A stretch of DNA of 55,090 nt, taken from assembly GCA_002712305.1 (NCBI GenBank), contig PATE01000102.1, positions 1 to 55,090 on the forward strand, written 5' to 3'. The translations under genes were made by a program, and so were the position numbers. The stretch is from Gemmatimonadota bacterium. GTDB taxonomy: Bacteria; Latescibacterota; UBA2968; UBA8231. The notes under the pieces are model-generated. The model saw nothing but the letters and a program-made list of their open reading frames with translations. It was not told where the DNA came from and searched no databases. Positions 18,014-28,154 of the stretch are shown here, one piece after another (position 1 is the first letter of the stretch; each line of letters opens with the position of its first letter).

Positions 18014-19101
18014 CACTGAGAATTGGTTTTGTCGGCTGTGGTGGAATGGGGAAGTCGCACCTGCGAACCCTGCGTGATCTGGATGGATTCGACGTGGTCG
18101 CCCTCAGCGACGTCAGCACTGAGGCCCTGTCGACCTGTGGTGAAGAGTTCGGTGTCGCCGACCACTACACCGACTGTGCCGAGATGTGTGATGCGGTGAA
18201 ACCTGATCTCGTGGTGGTGGCAACACAGACACGCCACCACCATGGGCCGAGTGTGGCTGCACTGGAACGAGGCATCCACGTGTTGTGCGAAAAGCCGATG
18301 GCCATCGACCCTGTCGAGGCCGATGAGATGGTGGCCGCCGCGCACAAGAGCGGTGCGATTCTCTCCATCAATCAGCAGAATCATGTGAATCCCGCCGTCG
18401 AGAGAGCTCTGCAGATGATCGAAGCAGGCGACATCGGTGACGTCGTCATGGTTCGCGGCCGCAACAAACACGGGCGCAAGAGTGGCAACGAATTCACCGA
18501 GATGGGCACACACATCACCGACATCATGCTTCGCATGGGTGGAAAACCTCTCTGGGTCGCCGGTTCCGTCATGTGGGAAGGCCGCGAAGTCACCGCCGAC
18601 GACATCATGGAAGCGAAGGAAATGTCTCCAAACGATCGCGATTCCGGACCCGTCGCCGGGGATCGTGCCATCGCCCACTACGGTTTCGAGGGAGGGACAC
18701 TAGGAGAGATCCAGTTCCTCGGCTACAAAGCGCTGCAGAACACGAACTACGGCGTCGACGTGTTGGGGTCGGAGGGACAGCTGGCCGTCCGGGTCTCGGG
18801 TTTCAAGGCCGGTGGGATCTGGCATCTGCCAAGGCCGATGGAAGGGACCCCGGCCGATCTGGGAGACTGGAGTGCCGTCGATCTCGGTGCGGAGGCCGAG
18901 AAAGAGACGGAGGCCCTCATGTACCAGCGACTGGCGGCGGCCATCGCGGGCAATGCGGCCGTGCCGGCCTCAGGGGAGGCGGGCAGACTGGCCATGGAGA
19001 TGGTGATCGGGATCTATGCGTCGCATCGCCAGGCCGGGGTCCGTGTGGCGCTGCCCCTGGCGGACCGACGTCATCCGTTGGATGCGTGGCGGGCAGGCTG
19101 A
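18010..19101 (+). CDS. Gfo/Idh/MocA family oxidoreductase
   Basis: IGFVGCGGMG, HVLCEKPMA and EMGTHITD. ATGA overlap with the previous gene. Confidence 0.93.
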   Translation: MTLRIGFVGCGGMGKSHLRTLRDLDGFDVVALSDVSTEALSTCGEEFGVADHYTDCAEMCDAVKPDLVVVATQTRHHHGPSVAALERGIHVLCEKPMAIDPVEADEMVAAAHKSGAILSINQQNHVNPAVERALQMIEAGDIGDVVMVRGRNKHGRKSGNEFTEMGTHITDIMLRMGGKPLWVAGSVMWEGREVTADDIMEAKEMSPNDRDSGPVAGDRAIAHYGFEGGTLGEIQFLGYKALQNTNYGVDVLGSEGQLAVRVSGFKAGGIWHLPRPMEGTPADLGDWSAVDLGAEAEKETEALMYQRLAAAIAGNAAVPASGEAGRLAMEMVIGIYASHRQAGVRVALPLADRRHPLDAWRAG

Positions 19102-19137
19102 CGCTCCGTCAGCGAATCCCCGTAGCTGACAGCAGGT

Positions 19138-19824
19138 TCAGGAAATCTGTACGACGTCACCGAAAAAGTTGTCGGCAAGCTCGGTGAAATCGGTGATCGT
19201 CGCATGGGCGAGACGTTCTGCGACATGCGTCCTGCCCTCGTGGCCACCCGTGATGGCGATACAGTGCATTCCTGCCGCGGCGGCGGCCTGCATGCCTGCC
19301 TCAGAATCTTCAAAGACAAGACAGTGACCGGCTTCAACGCCGAGTCGCTCGGCCGTCATGAGGTAGCTCTGTGGATGCGGTTTGCTGTGCGGACACATGT
19401 CAGCGCTCGTAAACGTGGCGCAGTGTTCTCGAAGGTCTGCCAGGTCGAGAAATTCCTCCACCGTAGGCGCATTGGAGCTGGTGACGATGGCCGTTGTGTG
19501 TGGAAGGGCCGCTGAGGCGGCACGAAAGGCACGGGCAGCCCCCGGGATCAGGGGCGCCGGATTTGCTCTCTGAATCTCCTCAAAGTGCTCCTCGATCCTT
19601 GCTGCTATGTCGAGGCCCTCTAGAGCCGGAAACTGCTCTTTGAGGAGTTGACCGATAACCGACCACTTGATGCCGTGAAAGGCAAGCAAGTCAACGGACT
19701 GCACATCGACCTGCCATTGGACAAGCAGTTCGGCGATGGCCCGCTCTGAGACTTTCTCTGTGTCCCAGAGGGTGCCGTCCATATCGAACAGGATAGCTTG
19801 GATGTTCTGTGGTCTGTAGTTCAC
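19138..19824 (-). CDS. HAD-IA family phosphatase (beta-PGM/CbbY-like)
   Basis: ILFDMDGTL, IVTSS, SKPHP and LVFEDSEAG..AA.AAGM. Start placed at GTG 19824. Confidence 0.9.
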   Translation of the reverse strand: MNYRPQNIQAILFDMDGTLWDTEKVSERAIAELLVQWQVDVQSVDLLAFHGIKWSVIGQLLKEQFPALEGLDIAARIEEHFEEIQRANPAPLIPGAARAFRAASAALPHTTAIVTSSNAPTVEEFLDLADLREHCATFTSADMCPHSKPHPQSYLMTAERLGVEAGHCLVFEDSEAGMQAAAAAGMHCIAITGGHEGRTHVAERLAHATITDFTELADNFFGDVVQIS

Positions 19825-19948
19825 GACCAGGCTCGTCTCTGGGTAGGTCTCACGCGTTCGGCACCCCTTGCTTGAAGTGTGACTGACTACTCTAAACAAG
19901 ATTCGCAAGGTTTGCTCATCCACGACGCACGAATACCTTCGTCTTGGT

Positions 19949-20185
19949 ATGAACAAGCCATCCCCAGAATCCAAAGTGGCGACACTGAACGATCTCCATC
20001 TCCTTCGGAAACCACTGATTCCACGATGGGTCAAGGCGGCTTTCTCTGCGGCTCCCGCCATGGGCATCGTGTCTGCTGCGACGGGCTCCTTTCTGGTGGG
20101 CGCCATCGCCGCCGTCGCTGTCATGGCCACCGTCTGGCTTGCACTGGAGGTCGTGGTGCACAAGCGCAACTCCAAGCTTCCATGA
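19949..20185 (+). CDS. Small hypothetical membrane protein (78 aa)
   Basis: Hydrophobic helical hairpin followed by a basic tail; divergent from the HAD gene. No homology recognised. Confidence 0.5.
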   Translation: MNKPSPESKVATLNDLHLLRKPLIPRWVKAAFSAAPAMGIVSAATGSFLVGAIAAVAVMATVWLALEVVVHKRNSKLP

Positions 20186-20537
20186 GTGCCTGCCCCAGAA
20201 CTTGACCGCGTACCACCGCGGAGGCTACTGTGCCATCGAGTCCTTCGGTTGCTCGTCGGGCGGAATTGGGCACACGATTTCGCCAGTGGCGCGGGAATAC
20301 GTATCGCAGGCGAGGGCCAAAGCGGGAATACGAGCTCGCGTCGCCGTGTGCCGACGGACCGCGAGTCGACTCGAGAGGTGGGAATCCTGGTGATTCGCGC
20401 CTCTTTTTTTCGGATGATCAATCAGACCGGAAGCTGAGTTCCTGCTTGGTATGGTGGCCATCGATCGCAGTGATGACGTAGGTTTCTGATGCTCTGCATC
20501 AACGATCAACGACGCAAGACGGAAAGACAAGCATCTC

Positions 20538-22199
20538 ATGGCCACAGAAACACAGGGACTGACCGTCGAAGCGTGGGTCGACATCGACGAGGATCGCGCC
20601 GAGGCCGTTCAGACCGCCGTTGCCCAGTGGTCCTTCGCCGATTCGATGGATCGCTTTGCCACCTACGATGCTGGTTCGACGGGAGGACTGCCGACACAGG
20701 GGTTCTTCGGCGCCGTCTACGCCAGGGGTCACGTGTATTTCTCGCCGCAGTGCAACAATGATGGTCGCCACGGTATTGCGCTGCGCGTTGCGGTATCCAA
20801 GCCCTTCGACGATTCCGCATCCTGGGAGTCCTATGATGCAGGGGCAACGGGAGGGCTCCAGACTCGGGGGTACTATGGCTGTCTGGCGACGGGCCGATAC
20901 GTCTACTACGTGCCGCGCACCGACGGTCAGCACATGCACAGTCGAGTGCTTCGTTATGACATGCAGTCTGAGTTCAGCGATGAGACCAGTTGGTCTGCCT
21001 TCGATCCCGGAGAGCCAATCTCACACCAGGGCGGTGCCTTTGACGGGCGGTATGTGTACTTCGCGCCTGGATATCATCAGGACGACGGTCGCAGTGGCCA
21101 GGTCCTGCGCCACGATACGACGGCTCCCTTCGACGAGCCGTCGAGTTGGGTTCGCTTCGACGTGGGCGCCCATGTGGGTGAACGATGTCTCTGCTACGAT
21201 GGCGCGGTTTTCGATGGTCGTTATGTCTATTTCGTCCCCCTCGACGGTGGGGATATGCTGCGATTCGATACGACCAGCCCGTTTGAGAACGGGGAGTCGT
21301 GGGAGTCGTTCGATCCACGAGGACTGTTTTCTTCCGGGGAAAGTGGGGGATGTGTGGGGGCCATCTTCGACGGTCGCTACATCTATTACACACCCTACGC
21401 CCACAGTACCGTCGTGCGATTCGACTCGTCATCGGCTTTCACCGATTCCGGCGGCTGGTCGACGTACGATGCCGGCTCGACTTCGGGGCTGACCTGCTGT
21501 GGATATGACGGGGCTGCCTTCGATGGCCGTTTCGTCTACTTCATTCCGTTCTGGGAAGGGGATAGTGCGGCCCATGGTTTTCATGCAAGGCTGTTGCGTC
21601 TGGATACGTTGAAGAACTTTGACGACGCCTCCGCATGGTCAGCCGCCGATGGATCTGCGCTCGCACCGCCCAATCCAGGTGGCTTCAATGGCGGAGCCTT
21701 CGATGGACGCTATTTGTACATGGCGCCGTGGCGGCAGAACGAACCCAGCGGTGAGATCCATGCCCACGGGCAGGTCCTGCGATATGACACGGCGTCGTCG
21801 GGGTCGAGATTCCAGTTGCGTTGGATGGACTGCGGTCACAATGGTGGCCTCGGTGGATCGGTGCCGGGTCCCGCATTCGTCCTCAATACCGAGGCGGGAG
21901 TCGTGAGCGTGCAGGCGCACACGATACCTGCTGTAGGCAAACATCATCTGGCGGGTGTGGTCACTGCAGATCGTGTGGCACTCTGGATCGATGGAACCTG
22001 CATTGCCTCGGCGGCCCTGCCATCCCCAGTGGTAGACTCGCAGTTGGATATCAGCGTGGGACAGCTGGCGGGAGGGTCCTCCCCACTTCAGGGTCGCGTT
22101 CTGAAGCATCGTATCAGCGACTGCGCGCTGGACCAGGATTGGCTTGAGAAGGCCCCCTCCCTGTTGAGTGACGAACACGCGCTGAGCGGCCTTTCCTAA
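20538..22199 (+). CDS. Seven-repeat FDGRY beta-propeller protein embedded in a LamG/ConA-like domain
   Basis: Seven repeats of G.(F)DGRY(V/I)Y(F/Y).P...VLRYDT...F....SW..(Y/F)D. LamG-like N-strand LTVEAWV and C-part HHLAGV...LWIDG...ISVG...LQGRV...RIS..AL. Confidence 0.75.
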   Translation: MATETQGLTVEAWVDIDEDRAEAVQTAVAQWSFADSMDRFATYDAGSTGGLPTQGFFGAVYARGHVYFSPQCNNDGRHGIALRVAVSKPFDDSASWESYDAGATGGLQTRGYYGCLATGRYVYYVPRTDGQHMHSRVLRYDMQSEFSDETSWSAFDPGEPISHQGGAFDGRYVYFAPGYHQDDGRSGQVLRHDTTAPFDEPSSWVRFDVGAHVGERCLCYDGAVFDGRYVYFVPLDGGDMLRFDTTSPFENGESWESFDPRGLFSSGESGGCVGAIFDGRYIYYTPYAHSTVVRFDSSSAFTDSGGWSTYDAGSTSGLTCCGYDGAAFDGRFVYFIPFWEGDSAAHGFHARLLRLDTLKNFDDASAWSAADGSALAPPNPGGFNGGAFDGRYLYMAPWRQNEPSGEIHAHGQVLRYDTASSGSRFQLRWMDCGHNGGLGGSVPGPAFVLNTEAGVVSVQAHTIPAVGKHHLAGVVTADRVALWIDGTCIASAALPSPVVDSQLDISVGQLAGGSSPLQGRVLKHRISDCALDQDWLEKAPSLLSDEHALSGLS

Positions 22200-23233
22200 C
22201 CCAGCAGAGCACCTACATCGATGATCTCTGGTGCGACGACACCCGGGTAGCCCGCCCACAGTGACAGCTTGTCGTTGACCGCATCGAAGAGGAGGGCAAA
22301 GTCCGTGTGCAGACCGGCCTCGCCCTGCTGGCAGATCGCACCTTGAGGTGATCGGTCAGCGAGAATCGAGTCCACGCTGACACCGTTTGCAGCCCGCTTT
22401 TTCGCGGTATCATAGCGACGCTGTCCGTTGGACAGTATGGGCTCGCTCTGCTGCGGATTCTGCGCTGCGAAAACGTCGTCGAGGATGTGGTTTGTGTGGA
22501 CGAGTGGCTTGTCATCTGCTCTGATCACCGTCATTCCGGCGCCGGTCTTTTCAACAAGTGCGAAATCTCCGCCGCGATCGGCGAGCATGAGGCTGAACCC
22601 GTAGGCGTTGAGGGGCAGGGGATCGAGGTGGGAGATCGCCTCGTCTACCGAAGCGCAGGCGGGCAACACCGTGTGCAAGCCCATCAACGAGAACAGACCG
22701 TCCTCGTCGCGCATGGGCCCGGGGATGCCCGTCATCCCCATCATCAGTCCTGCCGCGTTCGCACCGGCCACTGTCCATGGTGTGCCGGCAAAGTGAAAGT
22801 GCAGATGGGCGTGGCCCACATCGGGTCGGCTGATCTCCATCACATTCAGTCCCAGCTGGTGCAGACCGATGTCGTCGGTCTTGCCGAACAAAGGGCGCCC
22901 CTCATCTCGACGGCCCACGAGGGTGCACTGGGGAAGGTCACCAGACAGCCGATGGTGACACAGGGCGGTTGCATACTTCTCCCAGGACCACCCGAGGCCC
23001 TCGGCGATGCCGCGACACTCGAGCACGCCAGGCGGGAAGATGCCCTCCCATTGGGCGATCCATCGGTTGATCTCCGGTTGAGATCTGTGGATCAGGTCGT
23101 CGACGGAACCGCCGCCGGTTTCGGCCAACTGCTCAAGGGCCGAAGACATCCAGGTCTGTGTCAGCAGGCGAGTTGCCTCTCCCTGTTGCCGTCCTCGCGC
23201 GAAGGCGTCCCCGCTCGTATGAAATCGAAGCAT
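22196..23233 (-). CDS. C45 family Ntn-hydrolase (acyl-CoA:6-APA acyltransferase-like)
   Basis: FARGRQQG N-terminus, QCT nucleophile site, GKTDD, GANAAGL, ASVDEAI and HTNH. Confidence 0.85.
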   Translation of the reverse strand: MLRFHTSGDAFARGRQQGEATRLLTQTWMSSALEQLAETGGGSVDDLIHRSQPEINRWIAQWEGIFPPGVLECRGIAEGLGWSWEKYATALCHHRLSGDLPQCTLVGRRDEGRPLFGKTDDIGLHQLGLNVMEISRPDVGHAHLHFHFAGTPWTVAGANAAGLMMGMTGIPGPMRDEDGLFSLMGLHTVLPACASVDEAISHLDPLPLNAYGFSLMLADRGGDFALVEKTGAGMTVIRADDKPLVHTNHILDDVFAAQNPQQSEPILSNGQRRYDTAKKRAANGVSVDSILADRSPQGAICQQGEAGLHTDFALLFDAVNDKLSLWAGYPGVVAPEIIDVGALLG

Positions 23234-24591
23234 CAGTACGGTGTCTTCGGCGTCGTGATGGGGCACCAGCGCGAGGTCTGCAGGGCGTCGATCAGCGCCG
23301 TGCGCGAGGCGGGTGTGTCGATTCTTCGAAGGGCCTTCAAGGCATTGGCCTGCACATATCGATTCGGATGCGCCACGGTGCGTTGAAGTTGCTCGACGAA
23401 GTCTCCTGCGGATTTCCCGTGGCGGGCGATGGCCAGCGAGGCATTGCGGGCGAGCCATTCATCATCGGACTCAAGGGCCGCCACCAGATCGGGCAGGGCA
23501 GCCGCCCCCGAAGACCCGAGACACCCCAGACCGTAGGCCGCGCGATGACGGATCTCGGCATCATCATCCTTCAGTAGAGCTCTCAGCCCTGCTGTGGCCC
23601 GTTCACCACCGACGCCCGCATCGGCCAGGGCGTCGATGGCAGCCAGTCTCACGCCCGTTTCGGCGTCGGCGAGCAAGTCACACAATCGGTCGGCGACCGG
23701 GTCGCTTGCCGCAGCGAGACCGTATCCGATGTTTCGGCGCGTATCCTGTGAAGCGCTTTGTAGCGCGTTCAGCAAGGCATCGTGGCCCGCCTCACCCCCG
23801 GTCCCCAGGGCGTAAGCCGCTTTCAGAGCCTCGGCCTCTGGAGCGTCGAGACGGCCCGACAACGCATCCGCATCGGCTACGCCGAGGTCTTCGTTGGCCA
23901 CCTCGCGTCCTGTGTGCCATGCCAACATCGAACGCCACATGATCGAGCGCGGGTCGGTTGGCTCGAAACCGTTGGAGACGATGCGGTCCTGGGTCGATCC
24001 CTTGGCCGGCTCGGGTTCATCCATTCTGGCGAAGAGGAACTTCAGCATATAGCGCTTGCGATCCGTTACATTGGCCATGCCCCGATGCCACAGATCATAG
24101 TGAACGATCACCACTGTACCCGCTTCGCCTGCCAGGGCGACCTCGGCCTCTGAATCGGGCGCGTCGTTGAAGTATTGCGATCCAGGAACGACACCGGTGG
24201 GGCCCATATCCACGGTCGTATCCTGAGGGTAGTAGAAGGCCATGGCCCAGCGTGTGCGATGGTGCCGGCGAGCCCAACTGTCTTTGTGCATGCGCTGGGC
24301 GTCGGTATGGGGTGGCCGAAAGTGGCAGTGTCGATGGGCGTGGACTATATAGTCCTCACCAAGGATGCTCGTCAGCGCACCCCGGACCTGCGTATCGTCG
24401 AGAATGCCGCCGATCGCAGGCACACGCGGTAGAAGATTGTTGCCAGGATTGCCTTCGGTCTCAAAGACCTCATCGATCTGTCGATAGAGGTCCTGATGGA
24501 AGCCGGTGGGCATGACCGGCTGAACGTGGATGTAGCCATTGCTGACATATCGTCGCAGGGTGGCTTCGTCGAGGCCTTCGATGTTTTGCAT
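23233..24591 (-). CDS. Phytanoyl-CoA dioxygenase (PhyH) family 2OG-Fe(II) enzyme fused to HEAT/PBS-lyase repeats
   Basis: HKD (HxD), YYPQD...MGPTGVVPGS and HYDLWHRG; C-terminal HEAT repeats (VRLAAIDALAD, IRHRAAYGLG, LARNASLAI). Its TGA overlaps the ATG of the C45 gene. Confidence 0.88.
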   Translation of the reverse strand: MQNIEGLDEATLRRYVSNGYIHVQPVMPTGFHQDLYRQIDEVFETEGNPGNNLLPRVPAIGGILDDTQVRGALTSILGEDYIVHAHRHCHFRPPHTDAQRMHKDSWARRHHRTRWAMAFYYPQDTTVDMGPTGVVPGSQYFNDAPDSEAEVALAGEAGTVVIVHYDLWHRGMANVTDRKRYMLKFLFARMDEPEPAKGSTQDRIVSNGFEPTDPRSIMWRSMLAWHTGREVANEDLGVADADALSGRLDAPEAEALKAAYALGTGGEAGHDALLNALQSASQDTRRNIGYGLAAASDPVADRLCDLLADAETGVRLAAIDALADAGVGGERATAGLRALLKDDDAEIRHRAAYGLGCLGSSGAAALPDLVAALESDDEWLARNASLAIARHGKSAGDFVEQLQRTVAHPNRYVQANALKALRRIDTPASRTALIDALQTSRWCPITTPKTPY

Positions 24592-24649
24592 AACTTTTCG
24601 GGCTCCTGGCAGGAAGTCTGCGGACGGGGTCACAACGATAGGGGAACGG

Positions 24650-25483
24650 ATGAAAATCGTCGACAGTCATCTGCACGTCTGGAGTGGTGATTACGCGACC
24701 TACCCATTCGTAGAAGGACGGGCCGAAGCCGAACCGGCCACGGGTGAGATGCTGATCGATACGATGGATGCCGTCAGCGTGGATGCGGCGGTGATCGTGC
24801 AGCCTGCACACTACCTCTATGACAATCGGTATGTCACCGACTGCCTGCGGCGCTTCCCAGACCGGTTCGCCGCCGTGGGACTGGTAGATCAGCAGGCGCC
24901 GGACGCCATCGATCGACTCGATGAACTGTTGGACGCCGGATTTGAGGGACTGCGCATTCACCTCGCCTCCCGAGTCGATGACCCAGCGCAGTGGGCTACA
25001 CCAGATCAAGACGCACTCTGGCGCCGTATGGCCGACGCCAAGGCCAGTTTCTGTGTTTTTGGACCGTCCAAACATCTGCCGGCTGTGGAACCGATCATCG
25101 CCCGGCACCCGGATGTGCGTATCGTCCTGGACCATCTCGGCGGCTCCCCGGCACCTGCCGACGACGTCGAAGGACACGGCCTGCAGCTTGCCCTCGGGCT
25201 GGCGCAGTATCCTCAGGTGTCTGTGAAACTGACGCCGCAGGGACACAAATCATCAGAGCCCTATCCCCACAGCGACCTGTTCGATCTCTATCGGAAGTAC
25301 TACGACGCCTACGGTCCTGAACGACTGATGTGGGGGACGAACTATCCGGGTATCCTGAAATCGACAGGATATGGACCCTCCCTCGAGCTGTTTCGCGACC
25401 ATCTCTCCTTCTTCAGCCAGGCGGAACGTGAACGCCTTCTCGGTGGCACTGCGATGGAGATCTGGCCTAGCCTGGCTCGTTGA
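24650..25483 (+). CDS. Amidohydrolase_2 family protein (lactonase-like)
   Basis: IVDSHLHVW, AVIVQP, VLDHLG and RLMWGTNYP. Start at ATG 24650 after GGGGAA. Confidence 0.9.
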   Translation: MKIVDSHLHVWSGDYATYPFVEGRAEAEPATGEMLIDTMDAVSVDAAVIVQPAHYLYDNRYVTDCLRRFPDRFAAVGLVDQQAPDAIDRLDELLDAGFEGLRIHLASRVDDPAQWATPDQDALWRRMADAKASFCVFGPSKHLPAVEPIIARHPDVRIVLDHLGGSPAPADDVEGHGLQLALGLAQYPQVSVKLTPQGHKSSEPYPHSDLFDLYRKYYDAYGPERLMWGTNYPGILKSTGYGPSLELFRDHLSFFSQAERERLLGGTAMEIWPSLAR

Positions 25484-25569
25484 AGCTGTAGCTTGAGCCT
25501 GGGAGGGAGCCAACAGCTGAGTCTGAAGTCGCCGGGGCGGCGGGCGCCGCTGGCAACGATTATCCAGCG

Positions 25570-26817
25570 TTATCCCGGTGTTCGGTAGCTGGGAAAGTAG
25601 TCGTAGTCCTCGAGCGAAATCGTCTCGCCGGGTGTCGCCCAGGGGAGGCCGAGTTCGCTGAAGTTCACACCCTGGCCAAATGCGTCCTGCACCGCGTCGG
25701 TCATGCCGCGGATGGCGATCTCACCTTTGGGGCCCTCGCAGCGCAGATCTTCCCCAAGCGGATGAATCGCCGACGATTCGTAGGATCCGCAGGCGATCAG
25801 GGTCTGCGTCCGGGCCACCTCCAGCGAACAGTGTGGGGTCGTGGCCAACGCATCGACTCCTGTCGGAGCCCCCGCTGCAATCCAGTCGATGGCCCCGCCC
25901 ACCGATCGCTCGTCGATCTGGTCCTCAGCATCGAAGCTCTCTACGCGCCCATCATGCCAGCGAACGGTCAGCTGGTTATCGAAGCCGAATTCGAGACGGG
26001 CCGACGTGGTGTCGATGCCGAATCCCGGGTTCGTGCTCTGCTCGGTGGCGTGGCTGACGGCGAAACAGATTTCGATCTGCTCGCGAGTGGTGGTACGAAG
26101 GCTCACCGTGTCTGCTGACCGAATCGGATTGGTGCTATACAACTCAGCCGTGATGGCGACCGGGCTGGCTGACGATTCGACCGTTGCCCCGGCCAGAAAC
26201 CCCATGAGGTTCACCGAATGGGCCAGCGCGTTGTTATGAGGTCCATCCAACACCCACGTGTCGCCTAAGGCCAGCTCGCCAGCCCACCCATTGCGGGAGA
26301 AGTAGTCGTCGCCGCGCGGCCAGCAGCCGAACCCTCTAATCCGCAGTACGCGGCCGAAGCGTTCTTCCACAAGCCAGCGCTTCAGTCGGTGGGTGGAGGG
26401 CTGATACAGGTGCTGAAAACCCACAGCGCAGGCGATGGTGCCGCGATCCCGGGCGGTGATCATGGCGTCTACATCCTGAATACTCCCTGCAGCGGGTTTT
26501 TCAACGAGCACGTTGACACCCGCCTCACAGGTGGCGACCACCATGGGCCGGTGCAAGGGGATCCCCGTGGGGATGCAGAGCAAGTCGACTTTCTGGCGTT
26601 CGGCTGCCAGCAACTGTCGCAGACTGTCATGGACAGCGACGCCTGATTCGTGCAGTGCGCCGATCTCGTCGGCAAACAGATCGTGATCGGGTGGTGGGGC
26701 CACCTGCGCGACATGCTCGGCTCGACCGTCGGCCACGAGACTGGCCAACGCTCGTCGATGGAAACCGGCGAAACCCCCCATGCCGACGATGGCGACGCCG
26801 ACAGGTCTATTCGTCAC
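25570..26817 (-). CDS. Gfo/Idh/MocA family oxidoreductase
   Basis: VAIVGMGGFA, NVLVEKP, AVGFQ, WPR...YF.RNGWAG and NNALAH. Start placed at GTG 26817. Confidence 0.88.
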   Translation of the reverse strand: MTNRPVGVAIVGMGGFAGFHRRALASLVADGRAEHVAQVAPPPDHDLFADEIGALHESGVAVHDSLRQLLAAERQKVDLLCIPTGIPLHRPMVVATCEAGVNVLVEKPAAGSIQDVDAMITARDRGTIACAVGFQHLYQPSTHRLKRWLVEERFGRVLRIRGFGCWPRGDDYFSRNGWAGELALGDTWVLDGPHNNALAHSVNLMGFLAGATVESSASPVAITAELYSTNPIRSADTVSLRTTTREQIEICFAVSHATEQSTNPGFGIDTTSARLEFGFDNQLTVRWHDGRVESFDAEDQIDERSVGGAIDWIAAGAPTGVDALATTPHCSLEVARTQTLIACGSYESSAIHPLGEDLRCEGPKGEIAIRGMTDAVQDAFGQGVNFSELGLPWATPGETISLEDYDYFPSYRTPG

Positions 26818-28039
26818 GTACGACACCTTCCGACTGCACGCGATCATAGATTCCCTTGAACTCGGCGCTCTCATCGTCTTCCCAGATGTGAGAGCGGAAT
26901 CCACGGATCATACCCTCTTCGGTTCCCGTTACCGTCGTCGGCGAGACGTACGATGGGCCGAACCATTTGGTCCCATCGGGCATCTCGAGAACGCCGACGT
27001 GACGAGGCCTCTCCATGGGCTTCTGCTGAGAGCAGCGTTCAACTGCCGCTTCATCGACTTCGATCCCCAACCCTGGGCCCTCTGGGACCGGGGACGATCC
27101 GTCGATGACGGGAAGTGTCGTGGTCGTCACATCCTCTTCATACTGATCGTCGAGGTTGATCGAGTGAGCCGTGTGCGTTGGCAGGACAGCGGCCATGTGC
27201 ATGGCCATCGCCTTGCCCAGCGTGCCAGACTCGTGTTGCAGGATGACCTGGATGTTCGCCTTGCCCAGGGCGAAGCCGCTGGCCACCGTGTCGAACATGG
27301 TCCCCGTCAGCATGAAGATGTCCGCCATTTCGTGCTTGTACTCCTGCATTCCCCCCATGTGCGTGCCGTGCATGATAATGGGAATGCGTGTCTGGCTGCG
27401 GATCTGGCGCCAGCCTTCGATGTCGGTTCGCACGAGTGGATCTTCGATGAACCCGACGATGGGATGGTTGCGCTCCAACTCTGAGATGATGGGCAGGACC
27501 GCCGCCAGGGACCGATTGTGATTGAAATCGTAGTGGATCCGGAATCCAGGCGGTGCCACTTCTTCGGCAAGTTGTGTCTGTTCGAAGACATCGTGCAGGG
27601 GACTTGTGTGGATCTTGAAGATGCGATATCCCTGCTCCGCTGCTCGCTTGATCTCGTCGCGAAAGTGTTCGGGCGACGCCGGGCGCGTCCAGGCGGCGAC
27701 GGAGACCCAGTTGCGGCGCTTGGGCCCGAGCAACTTCCACACGGGGACCTCGAGGGCCTTGCCCATCAGGTCGTAAAGGGCCGTATTCATCCCAGGACCA
27801 AGGGTGAGTGTGTTGTTGATGAAATCGAAGGGCCGCTTGCCGATCAGTTCCTTGCCCGCATCGGGTTCGGGATGCGCCCAGGGGCGCACGCGAGTCTCTC
27901 CCCAGCCTACCAGTCCCGCATCGGTTGCCACTCGATAGAGGATCCGGTGGTCGATGCCATACATATCGACGCGGCGGTGGGCGTAGCGGGATGCGAGGCG
28001 CGGATAGATGGGAATGATGTCGACGTCGGTGATCTTCAT
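26807..28039 (-). CDS. Mandelate racemase/muconate lactonizing enzyme family (enolase superfamily)
   Basis: MKITDV, TDAGLVGWGE, ALYDLMGKALEVPVWKLLG, FKIH, DFN, IEDP and PEGPGLGIEVD. Confidence 0.9.
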   Translation of the reverse strand: MKITDVDIIPIYPRLASRYAHRRVDMYGIDHRILYRVATDAGLVGWGETRVRPWAHPEPDAGKELIGKRPFDFINNTLTLGPGMNTALYDLMGKALEVPVWKLLGPKRRNWVSVAAWTRPASPEHFRDEIKRAAEQGYRIFKIHTSPLHDVFEQTQLAEEVAPPGFRIHYDFNHNRSLAAVLPIISELERNHPIVGFIEDPLVRTDIEGWRQIRSQTRIPIIMHGTHMGGMQEYKHEMADIFMLTGTMFDTVASGFALGKANIQVILQHESGTLGKAMAMHMAAVLPTHTAHSINLDDQYEEDVTTTTLPVIDGSSPVPEGPGLGIEVDEAAVERCSQQKPMERPRHVGVLEMPDGTKWFGPSYVSPTTVTGTEEGMIRGFRSHIWEDDESAEFKGIYDRVQSEGVVRDE

Positions 28040-28154
28040 GGTCTCGCTCCAGTCGCTTGAGGGCGGCGGCAATATTGACATTCGTCCGCCTGCTGTCTAC
28101 CGTGCGGCGCCAATGACTGGATGACAACCCTCACAGATCCCGAAAGGCAAAACA

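Noticed and set aside
19825-20421. N-terminal extension of the HAD ORF (listed 19138..20421)
   Set aside because: The sequence is not protein-like and overlaps a plausible opposite-strand membrane protein. HAD motif I begins right after GTG 19824.
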